This document shows, one piece after another, positions 44,601 to 56,600 of a stretch of DNA of 64,000 nucleotides. Made by a program: the position numbers and the translations under genes. The stretch is from Phoronis australis. Taxonomy: Eukaryota; Animalia; Phoronida. The stretch is taken from the NCBI GenBank assembly GCA_002633005.1, contig NMRA01000730.1:112549-176548 (forward strand), in the 5' to 3' direction. The notes beneath the pieces are model-generated. The model searched no databases, was not told where the DNA came from, and saw nothing but the letters and a program-made list of their open reading frames with translations. The first letter of the stretch is position 1; each line of letters begins with the position of its first letter.

Positions 44601-47600
44601 TGCAGCCATTCAGAGGCCCATAAATCTTCATGTCTGTCTCATCAGTCCACCAATATTGTTAACCCCCTCACCTCTGCTTCCCCCATCCCTCCCTGTCCTT
44701 TTCCCTGTGTTTCATCCTGTCCTTTATAATCTTCCCTAGATCCAAAATTACCTTATCCCTCACATCCGTAGTCTTCAGTTCTGTGAGCAAGTCTGTGCGT
44801 AATTAACAGGTGCCTATGTGCCAGTCATGTGTGCAACATTCACCGGGCTGTGCCCCATTTTTTGTCTGGGTGTCCTGTTTCTCTCGGTCATTGCCCTCGT
44901 CAAATTGAATTGTAGTGTTGTGGCCAGGATGAAGCATTCAGCCGCAGAAACTGATGTGGTGTAGTCTGTAGTATAGTGTAGCCTGACAGAATAGCAGGCG
45001 TGTTTGTGTCAGAGGGGATAATGGCAGACATTGATGAGGTATGCCCTGCATTTTCCCCCATTTTTATGACGTTTAGAAGCATTTTACCAGCCGGATGTTA
45101 TTTTTTGAGGAATGTTAATTCTGTTTCTGCCGTTGTTCCTGTGTTGATTGGCGTCGGACTGATGAAGGAGTGGGTTGTGTCAGTTGCAATGGCTGTGGTA
45201 CGGATGGATGGAGCTGAACACAATTTTTAAATTCATAGGTTCATGAGGCTTACTTGATTTGGGACAGAGGGGTGATCATGAAGACTTAAACCAGGGTTGT
45301 ACCCAGCTGGTACCAAAGGAAATTTTCGTAACTTTTACTACCCGATGTTCTAATTTTAAATACGTTAAATGAGCTAATCGTAGTTTTGTCAGGTTTGATG
45401 AACCATGTGATATGAGAGTCTATTTGTTGATGAATGCCTATTGTAACTGTGATAAGAAAAACATTGAGAGCAATTTGTTAGGCTTTAATCACCAACCTGT
45501 TTCAATGATATAAGTGTAAAGGAAATGGCCCTTTTTAACTGGGTTGACTAATTATATGCATTTATGCACGATTTCCTCATGAGTGTTCACCAAAATGGTC
45601 TTTCCAGGAGCTGTTAATGCTTACTACATCATGTATATGCCGGTCATTTTGTGTCACATTGGAACTGTAGTGAAAGTACGCACGTGGTGTTGTGGAAATT
45701 TACATTTTATTTACGCCTCGAAAATTATAGCTCTCTTTGTTTCACTTGGTCGAGCACATCGCTGAGCTCGGCAGGAGACGTCTATATTGATTTCCACTTG
45801 TCGCTCTCAGCCGTCATTGAATTAAGTACGCAACCTGCAGCGAGCCAAATACTGGCGTTCAATTTACCTTGGTTTCATTCTTTCGTTCAGGTGTCGATTA
45901 CATCTGCGGGGCGGCTATAGGAGCTGTGAAGTGTGAAGGTAAGACCATATTTTGTTTTGTTCTCAAAATCATTCCGAAGTGTCACTTTGTGTGTGTTGTT
46001 TCAATTCTTTATTTTCTTTGCAATATGGGCAGCTATCGCTGGTTACTTAAGTAACTGAAGAAGCCAACTGTGCCCGTCTAGAAACAACCCAGTGATCTGC
46101 TCGTTTCGAAATTCTTATCCGAAATAAAACCAGCTCACAAACCACTCTTTACACGAGCGCAATACAAACGTCACGCATATATATATATATGCAATGTATA
46201 TTACACGCGTCATGGTAAAAACTTGATTTAGATGTTGGTGAGCAAAATTTTGAACGCACTCAAAATTTTTTTTCTAACTGTTGCCCACTATCTCGAGTGT
46301 AAGCCAGCCCCTATATTTCTTATCGTTAATCAATTATTAAATTGCTGACATCGTTCACTAGGCTGTTGCAATGCTACTGTAAAATTCTCGAATTTTGGGG
46401 GCAATGAAAGAATTTGTAGTTAGAGCTCGTACCAAATTTTAGAAACTGTAGAAATTGGCGATATTGGCCGTTTCAAATTAAGAATTACAGTATGCGACAA
46501 ATGACCATTCACTTGGTTGTTACTCACTACTTAAAAGCTGCAGCTTATGTTTGATGATTTTATGATCTGTCGAGTCTATTTTAGATTATGTTGATTCAAA
46601 ACATGATGTTCGGTATTTTGGAAATGTCCCTTGATTGCCAAAGCTGCCCAGGTAGCCATCTGCAGAATCTAGAAAATTCAATTTTGGCTTGAATTGTACC
46701 GACCCAAATTTTAGTGATTGTCCCAAATTTTAGTGATTGTCCCAAATTTTAGTGATTGTCCCAAATTTTAGAGACCGTCCCAAATTAGCACATTTTTACA
46801 TCACCTCAGGGGAATAGATACTGACAGCGGACATTCACCACAAACCATGTCTCACAAATCATGATTCATATTCTAGATCATTGGGTACTATGTAGAATCG
46901 TATAGGTTTATCTACGAATGTCTGATATGAGCCCACTTGTGTATTATCACCACCCCGTGTTTGAGAGCACCTTAATAGGCGTCTTAAAAAATTTACTAGG
47001 TGGTGCTAATGTGTCAGTGTTTTAGCTATAGAAAAGTACGCCATCAGTTTATCATGCGAGGGCGTTGGCCCAGGTGACCTCATGCTGTTGAAGAGTTGGT
47101 CTACCTACCCTGTATGGGGCAGGGTTGGTGGTCCTCTTCGATAATTTACTAGCCACTGGTTATCACTGACGATAACATTTGAACGAAAGTATACTGAAAG
47201 CCGGAACAGTCGTTAAATTCAGTCTTACTCGGCTGTCGATAAAGTTTGACCTGTTCAACCAGGTTTTCGATCCCTTTCATTTACAGTGTGGGATGCTTTC
47301 CTATTGGTCGTGCAGCTATGTCCTTACGCATGTCACAACTTATTTTGGTCAGCTTACTTACGCAATTTGCATATTATTGACGGAACACTGACAGAGAGGT
47401 AATTGTGGCAATATACCACTGCAGTTCCCAGGGCTCTCTATCCCTCGAATTTGGGGGCCAAAATCGACACCATTTCCTTCTGAAAAATATTGAAAAATCA
47501 CGCGAAATTCCTCTCATGATGTCCAAAAATTTCCCTCAAATGATTGAAAATTCCCTTCGAGGTTCGAATCGCTTGTAACGCACACAGGTGACACTTTGAA

Positions 47601-50600
47601 AGACCACAAAATGTTAGTTTTGGTTATTTGAGACAGAGGGGGTTGCAACAGGGTGGGGGTGCTATTGATGAATGGTGGCAATCAGTAGGTAGAATTTTCT
47701 CCTCACCCCGAAATATTCCCCTCTCAGAAGGCACAGACACCTTTCCCCGTCCTGGTAGCAGGGCACAATAACAATCGATGCTAGTCCCTCATAATAGCTG
47801 CACTGCTTGGTGCCCACATCCTTGTCCTGGTCCAGGTCCAGGTCTCAGACATGTCGGGGCGAGATACTGGCCATGTCCTAGTAATTCGGCACAATAGCAG
47901 CGCTGCAAACAGTGGTAGTGCCCTCCTGATGTGCTCTAGTGTGTACTTGAATGCAACACCCAGCAACACCAGACAAGCACCTTTCCTGCATTAGTAGGAC
48001 CTGCCAACACTTGATTGATCAGTGCAGTTTCTTCTCTGTGTGTGTATTATAACCTAGTCTGTGGTCAACAGTACTTTTTCGGTGGGGCTTTTCTCTAGGT
48101 ATTTTAATTGCCTGGCAGGCACACTGAAACTCAGATGTTTCTGGTCTTTGTCTCAGTGCAAGTGTACTTGTAGTTGCTGGGTAGCTTTTTACTCTGGCAA
48201 AGACATCCCTGTATAAGCTGTCTGCTGGTCTATTTGTACTTTTTCAGTGAATTAATACCAGTTATTTGACCTATAGCCTACAATCTGTTTACTTTTCGGA
48301 ATGAATTGGCAGTCCTGCAGTTGTATGGGTTAACTTTTATGTTTTAATGATCAAAATTTGCAATCGTCCATCGTCACTGTTTTGCGTCATTGCCTTGCAG
48401 TTGTGAGTTTTCCAGTTTGGTAATATCAGCGGATAGGTTCACCAAGTGGAGATTAATTGTTTGCTTTGTCATTTATTATCTGAACACAAATATGCTAATC
48501 TTGAATTTTTGCTTTGTTTGTATGGTGCCATGGTCTTGTGCTGTGGACTAACATTGAAATTCTGTGCTTTTGTGGCTTTGTATTGAACCTGCGGTACACG
48601 AATAAAATGCCGGCAACTGTGTAAAATTGGAGAATGCTTTGCTCTTTAGTCATGTGCCAGAAATTGCACATTATTTGGATTTTTTGTAATGTTTCCCTAT
48701 GCTCCCTATGGTTAACTATGTTTTTCTCCTGTTTAGCTCACTACATGGCTGACTGACAAATCAAATTTTATGCTGTCTAAATTATTGACCAAAACAAAGA
48801 TCAGAATTGTTTACTTTATGGTTTCATTATGTTGAATTGATAGTTGTTATGATGCAACACTTAGTAAAATTGTCGTTAATTGTTTCAAGGTCGTGAGCCT
48901 CTGGGAAATTGAAAATTGAAAAATATTAATTTCTTTCTGGCCAGAACAGAAAAGCGTTTTTGGAAATCGGGGTTTTAAGTAGTTGATTTGTTCATTACAT
49001 GAATGTACAAACAAGCCACAGCTCTATTGTGATGTTCATTCTAAGTAAGTTGACTTTCTTTAGGTTAAAAAAGTTACTTTACTCTTTGTTCAGATTTTTG
49101 ACAACGTGCATCTTGGGTAATAATTACTTCTAATTCACCACCTTTGTCATTGGATAGTGCCTATTGTCTTGGTAATTTTGTTGTTTTGCCTTTGTGTGTG
49201 TGGGAGTTCCTCAGTGGCTACGTTTGCGTAAGCATCGTTATTTATGATTCGTTTCATTTGCAGTTTGCTTATTCATTTCTTCTGACCTTTCCAGTATGTT
49301 ATAAATGTTTCCACAAGGCGTGTAAGAAGTCTAGTCTTGAACAAGGGTGCATACGACCCTCGGTCATAGAGGACATGACAGTGGAGCGAGAAGTGGTGAG
49401 TTTCAAATCAACTCCGTCACACCCAGCACGTTCTCGAAATGTGTGAGCCCATCGTAGTATTATTATGAAGCAAGGTGTGAGTAGGTGGAAACGAGCTGCT
49501 GTTTTTCTGTGGTTTTTCGTTTTTGACTTGTAGTTGGTGGGGATGGCATCTTCTGTCATCATTTTGGGTGGGTAAACACATTCTCTTTGCACCAGTTGTA
49601 GTCATTGAGTTGCACTAATTTAGGACACAATATGGCCGACACGTGACACTTTGTTTGATCATTTTGTCCATGCAGGATATGCAGCAGCAAACTTAAATGC
49701 TTTTCACCGTTCAAGTTTTGTACCACGGCTACCACCAGACAAAGTTTTGAAAATTGTGTACAATGTAAGAACCTATTGAAATTGAAAAAGGGTCGTTTCT
49801 TACAATCATTTTTCTTCAAATTTGGTGGTCAGTGTGAACGAACTAGGACTTTTTTGTGCCCACTTTGGGATGTGTAATGCTCGATAAAATTTGTTAAAGG
49901 GTGCAGTAGGCATGTCTGTTTCTATGGTTTCTTGTTGACTCAGAAGAGCATTTGTTGCGTTTGACCTGTTTGTGGATAGGGAGAGACATTACGTGGGCAG
50001 GGGATTGTGGGAAATGCCTCATTTGTTACAAATGAAATGTACACATAACCAGTTAACAGGTGGCGAGATGAAAACATATCTCGCAAGTCTGGGACGCACA
50101 CATGCATCAGTTTTCTTCTATTGGTAGAAAGGCCAATATCCCAGTTAATATTAAGGGACATTTTTTAAAGACAGGCGTCTGATTGTGCATGATCTGGGGA
50201 TGATAGTTTAATATGTAGAACACGAGAAATTGTCCCAATTTTTGTCAACTCCGTGACATCATATGGCAAAAATGGCCGTCGGATTCACATGAAACTTTCA
50301 GAAACTATGTTTTATGCACCGCTCTCCAAAACTGTTGGGAATTGTTTTTAAAATATAAAACTTTGCGTGAGAGGTTATCAAAAAATAGGGCTTAATATGG
50401 AATTTGCTTACGTTATTGATTCTTTTGTTTTGCTAGGAATCTACCTTTCATTTTTGTAACTTTTACTAAAAAAGCATAGTCACGTGGCATAATGGCAGAT
50501 TGGTATAGTCAAAAATCAAATTCTAGGGAATTTCTACTTTCAGAAAATATACTTTTAGTGAATTAAGTTGTATAGTTGCGTAGATATTAAGCTAAATGGA

Positions 50601-53600
50601 CTGTAAATATGTGTAAATCTTGCCGGTATCCCCACTGCTAAGTCTTATTGGATTTCTGCATTTCAAATGCAGAAATCCAATAAGACTTAGCAATGATTTG
50701 ACCGGTGTTCCTGATGGCTCGGGCTAGAGCATCTGCACGGATAGAAGAAGGTCCTGGGTTTGAGTCTTGGTCAGGTGCAGACCTATGTTCATTAGGTTAT
50801 GTGATGGGGCCAATAGGTGGCGTGAAGACCAGTCTTAAAGTGTTTGTGATCTAAATGTACTGTCTTGTCGATAATGTCCTATGTTACCTAAAGTGGTTGC
50901 TTTGTCGTCTCCAGCCTGTGAAGCAGTGGTCGAATGCTAACGTGATCGAGTGGATGGCTGCGGTGAACTTGTACCGTTACGCCGAGATGTTTAAGGCACG
51001 GGAAATAACGGGGGAGGACCTCATGAACTTGAACGAGGAGAAACTGAAGGTACGTCGGAGAGTACCGCACTCTTCCTGCGTGTGTTGTACTGACTGGTAG
51101 TGGAATTAGAGATGATTGCTTCCTTTCTAGCATGCGGCCGTATATAATCTGCAGTACTCGAACATAAGCTATTTTGTACTGCTGAAGTATTATTTTCCAA
51201 AAAAAAGTTAGCATGCCCAACCATAAAGATGGAAGAAGGTGTTTTGCTTACATATCTGCACTTGCTCAGCTCGGGAGTTGGGAATAGATGGAGGGAAAAG
51301 AAATATTTTAAAGACAACCATGTCAACATTCTGGATGTAGCGGGTGTAGGGTTCACTGTATGCCGCAAATCATGAATCGTCGTCCCTGGTGGGATTTTTT
51401 CTCGTTAAGTTGTTTTTCTTTGTTGTTTGTGATAAACTAGGACTTTTGACGTCATGGCACCTATTGTTAATAAACGGAACTAATAACGCAATTATTTTTA
51501 AAGAAAATGCTTGTTTTCACTTTCGCAGTTGTCTACCTGAAACGTGGATGACTATCAAGTTACAGGGTGTTGTACATTTGTTTTTAGCCTTTGCTTTTAT
51601 AGTGAAAGTCATCTCGTCTTATTACCTTACCTATTTCTCGTGTCTTATACCTGCATGACTGGTTGTATATATTTATAGCTTAATGACTTTTCCGTGGTTA
51701 ATCACTAAGATATTAATTACCAGTTTATATACTATCTATACGTATGAATACACCAAATGTTGACTAGACGGGATCTCAACTCATTTTTGAAACATTGTTG
51801 GACAAAGTGAGATCAAGATAACGCGGCATTGTAGGAACTGAGCGAATTGAATGTAAATCCATGCTTGAATGGAAACTGAATGCTGTTTGATAGTTAACAG
51901 TGTCTGGATGTCTTCCTTTGAACATTACAGGCTATGAATATATCGGACGAGTTCCATCGTTTGGCCATCCTAGTTTCCATAGATGAATGTTGTCAGAGAA
52001 TTTCAGAACAGGTGAGTTTAGTCTGTTAATTACTTCTACCCAGTTAGTGCTCTTGTAAGTGTTATTTAAACCAAGTGATATGTTGAAGTATGGGGTGACC
52101 AGAAAGTGTTGCAGCAAGTCTTATTTAAACCAAGTGGTGTCTAGAAGTATTGGGGTGACCAAAAGGGTTGCAGCAAGTCTTATTTACACAAAGTGATGTC
52201 TAGAAGTATTGGGGTGACCAAAAAGGGTTGCAGCATGTCTTCTTTAAACCAAGTGATGTCTAGAAATACATGGTGACCAGAAAGTGTTGCCCATGTGTGT
52301 TTCTTAAAAAATCACTTTTGAATAACTCACCACCAAACTTCACAAATCAAAGTTACTACGACTGGATGTCATTTTTACCGAATTAGAAAAATGTACTGTC
52401 GATTCTTTGCCTTTTTATAGCCTGTTTAAAATTTGTCTGGTCAAATTCAGCAATCGCAAAAAAAAAAAAAGCTAATGGGCTGGCTTCTCTGACATTACAG
52501 CAGCCGCACGGCAGGAGCCTGCCACGGCCCAGCGGCTCCGTCGAGATCCTGAGCGAAGGGACGCTTTCGGAGCACGAATTTGTGGAGCACAGCTTCTCCA
52601 GTCTACAGCGGTGCCACCTATGTGACCAGTTTCTCAGCGGCCTTATGCGCCAGGGTCTCCTCTGTGAAGGTGAATGCAGTTTTTGTTTGTTCTAGATCTA
52701 GAGTTTTCTTGGTTTTTTTGTTAATTTTGTTTTTTGCTCTAGGGAGCTTTAATCTTTTTTTGTAAGTTTGTTTGTTTGTTGTACTCTTTGATAATACCCG
52801 TAACCAGGGTAATGATAAAAAAACTCTAAAACAAAATTTGTATTTAGAATCACTCAGAAAGCCAAATGCAGGTTTCCATTTTGGTCTCTTGAATAATGTA
52901 GGAAGGTGCTGTATGTTGGAGCTATATTACATGTTTTCCTGGGATTGTGCGGTAAAATCTCTCCAGTTTGGAAGATGGCTTGTGTCTTAATTTTCAGAAT
53001 CATTGAGAATTAATTGGGTTTTGAATCTTAGTGTCCTAAATTTTACAGATTTGCCAGAATATGAATGCAGTTGATTTTACACCACCTTTGTGCCGTTAGT
53101 GCATAAAAAAAAATAAAAAGTGCAAGTACATTGCAACAGTGGTGTCCCTCCACCCCCCCCCCTGGGTGCGCATCTTTTTGAAATGAAACAATCTTCCAAA
53201 AATGCAAGGTTCTAGTCAACTAACAGCCAGTCGTGTGATACATGACTCTGATTTTATTTCGATTGCCCTTGGGGTGTTTGTTTCTTATGTTACCTCTTAA
53301 ACTACACCAAGTCTGCTGGTCACAAACATTTGAAAAAGGTACACTTTTATCATCAGGTGCGCCCATAGGCCACTGGTTCAAAACTGGTCGGGAATATCCC
53401 TGCCTTGCTGTTGTACTCATCGGAGGTATCTGCAAACTTGTAAATTATTTAAAGTTTGATGTGCTGCAGATGTGTTAGATGAATAGTTTGTCTTATTTCG
53501 TTTTACGAAATTTTACTATCCAGTGAATGTTTTGGTCGTGTTCTGGGCCTCCCAGTATTGCAATTTGGAAGTGGGTCGTAATAGTCGACTCAAAAATGTA

Positions 53601-56600
53601 CGAGTTGACCAGTGGTATATTTTCATTTCCAGTGTGCGGTCTCAGCTGCCATCGTCGGTGCAGCGCCGTTAGTGTACCCAAGTGTGATAAAGACAGTCTC
53701 GTCGTCCGACGCCGGCCCAGTTTCTGCACTAGTAAGTCCTCATACATTGTGCTGATGCGGAGCAGGTGACTTCAGTTGTTGAGCACGTACAAGTACTCGT
53801 TTGTCATGCCTTTGGAATCATATGAACGCACGTACAAGTATTCGTTTGCCATGCCTTTGGAATCATATGAACGCACGTACAAGTACTCGTTTGCCTTTGG
53901 AATCATATGAACGCACATGCGACCGCTTCCGGCTGCTCTCTACTATAAGCAGGCATCTGTGCAACTGTTTACATCTTACTTGTGAAGTCTTATTACGAGT
54001 TACTGTACAACGCAAGACAAACGTAATCAGGCAAAACACCGCCCCCTCCATTATGGCTGCTAATTCTGTTCACTGCAAAAATAAACAAACAGCTATTAGG
54101 GTGATAAAATGCTAACTACAGAATGGCTTAGCCACCTTACCAACTGTCCTGTTATCTTCTCTTCATTCTCTGTCATGAGGCAAAACCACCTTACCAACTG
54201 TCCTGTTATCTTCTCTTCATTCTCTGTCATGAGGCAAAACCACCTTACCAACTGTCCTGGTATCTTCTCTTCATTCTCTGTCGTGAGGCAAAATTACTCT
54301 GACGATGAATTCGGCTTTCGCCCTACCGCAGTGATAAGGAATACCGCGCCATTTTGTATGAATGCACTTGACTTTGTACTGTAGTTGCTTTGTCAAATTT
54401 GGGCTGGTATCGTAAATTCGTGCGGTAAATTGTGCTGTGTGACCACAAGTTGTTGAGAAACGTTTGCGGAAGCCAGCATGTTGTGAAGTTCCATAGAGAA
54501 TTGGCAAATGTTAAAACCAGGTCACAAGCAGACTATTCTGATGATAAGTGCATCTGCTCTGTTATTGTTTTAATGAGAAATTAGAGTAAGGCAGAATCTG
54601 GATTGTCTCATTTTAGTTCAAAGCTAAGCAGATGTGCTGAATTTCTTTACAGTTAATTTGAAGGAAATCAATGACATCTTTGGTGTTGCTAAGTTTCTGT
54701 TAATTTTTACGGTCATTTGTGTCAAGAGCTTCAAAATCCTTATCTCTATTTAGGCGCTGTGTTTGGACGGCCACTCACAGAGCAGTTTGACGTCAATAGG
54801 CAGCTGGCTCCAGACATTGTGATCAGGTGTACCCAGGAAATAGAGCGGAGAGGCAAGGAGCGAGGTATGTTTGGACAGTGCGTGTTTTGAGGGGGTGAGA
54901 TGTGTTTGGTGAGATGGTAGGTTGGCTAGCAAAGTGAGGAGGGCTCGTGGGGTATTGTGGTTAGACTGTTGCCTGTTGGATAGTAAGGCTCTGGAAAACG
55001 GGTCTCGTTTGAAGGTGTTTTGTATCCTGCTATTTGTTTTGTTGTTAAGAGCTCATCTCTCTGTAGTGTGTCTATACTTAATGGGAATTAAATCTGAATT
55101 GGAGGACAGTAATTTTATTTTTTCCAAATTTCCGAATATTACGTCGAGCCTAAATTGAACTTTGTTTTCGTTCTCATGAGCAATACTTGAAATGTCTTAT
55201 CAATTGGCAATCTTGACAAAAATTATTTAATTTCTAGTTTTGAAACAAAATTTTTGTGGCATAAGTGTGCTCGCATAACCATGGAAATTTTATGGAAAGT
55301 ACTCTGCCTAACCATTGAAAAGGAGTGTGGCTGGGGTGATAAAAATGTAACATATTCATCTCTTTGTCTGCACCAACACTGTGTGAATGCATACCACAGT
55401 CCACCTGTGCAGATAAAATACAAGCCAAAAGCATTCAGACAAAATGACCCATGAATTTCATGTCGTGATGGCTGGCTTCCCTCATGGCCAATCAGGAAGG
55501 AGAATCAACAAGAAAGTTAGTGAGGTGGCTAAGGCATTTTGTAATTTTCATTTTGTTGCCAGAATTAGTTGTCATGACGACAGGGAGACAGTATTTTGTC
55601 TCCTTACTTTTGTTCTTTACTATATTCTGTATCCATGTCTCTTCCTCAGGGGACGACTTCTTTGACATCTACCGCATCTCCTCGTCCACCGAGGCTATAG
55701 CCGAGCTCAAGGCACTGTTCAACAAGCAAGGCGGCACGGGTGAGGCCGTTGACCTTGTGGCCTTCGACCTGCGTTGTGTAGCCGGTACATTGAAGAAATA
55801 CTTAAGGGAGCTGTCTGAGCCAGTCATCCCCACAGATGTGTATGACAAGTTCGTCAGCGCTGCCAGTACGTACTTTGTCTTTCTCATTCTGTTCGCGATG
55901 TAATTTGTTGAAGAAGAAATTTGTTGATGGGATACAAATGTTGCGTGGTCTTGGTGGGGTTGAGTAATATGAAATTCACTTACTTGTGTCCTGGAAGTAT
56001 CCAACGTCCTTGGTTTGGATACATAGTGGGTTTAAGTGCCCACGTATACACGCAAGGGAAAATATTGCTGTCATCTCTCTATGGCTGGTAAGTCCATTTA
56101 CAAAACTTTGGTGATATGTTAGTATGAAGGTGGGGATGTCGACTGGTAGTTTTCGGATGGCTCCTTTTGTGTGCCTTCTTTTCGCAGTTATAGTATTTTG
56201 GTGTCTGTCTCTGTGTCTGTCAAGGGTTTAAAGGATCATTGTCAACTGTGGCAGGTTTGGCTTACATGTTAAATTTTTTTTGCTGGATGTGAATACCGCC
56301 GTGTCCCAGTGACAATAATATCCTTTGTACCTATCTCAATATCTACCAGGTTCAATACAGATAATTTTTCCGTGAAGAAACCATGGTAAGGGCCATGGGA
56401 AGGAAATTTGTACCACAGGCTTTAGGCTTGCTGTTACAGGATTTGTGTTTAGGGCTGTTCCAGCAAAATCTGTGTGGGAGGGGGGGAAAGGCAACTGAAA
56501 TAAAAATTTATGGGTGGTTGCGTTTGATTTAAATTCAAAATGGCTGGTGGTCGTACTTCAAAAAAATTAAAATTTACAGGTCGTTGTTGTTTCATTGGGA

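Noticed and set aside
47429-47770. Possible hAT-like element starting CAGGGCTCTC with repeated TTCCCTC motifs
   Set aside because: I could not find a matching right TIR or TSD, so it is at most a fragment.
50700-50783. Functional tRNA gene
   Set aside because: The B-box (GGTTTGA) and stems are degenerate, so I kept it only as a tRNA-derived repeat.
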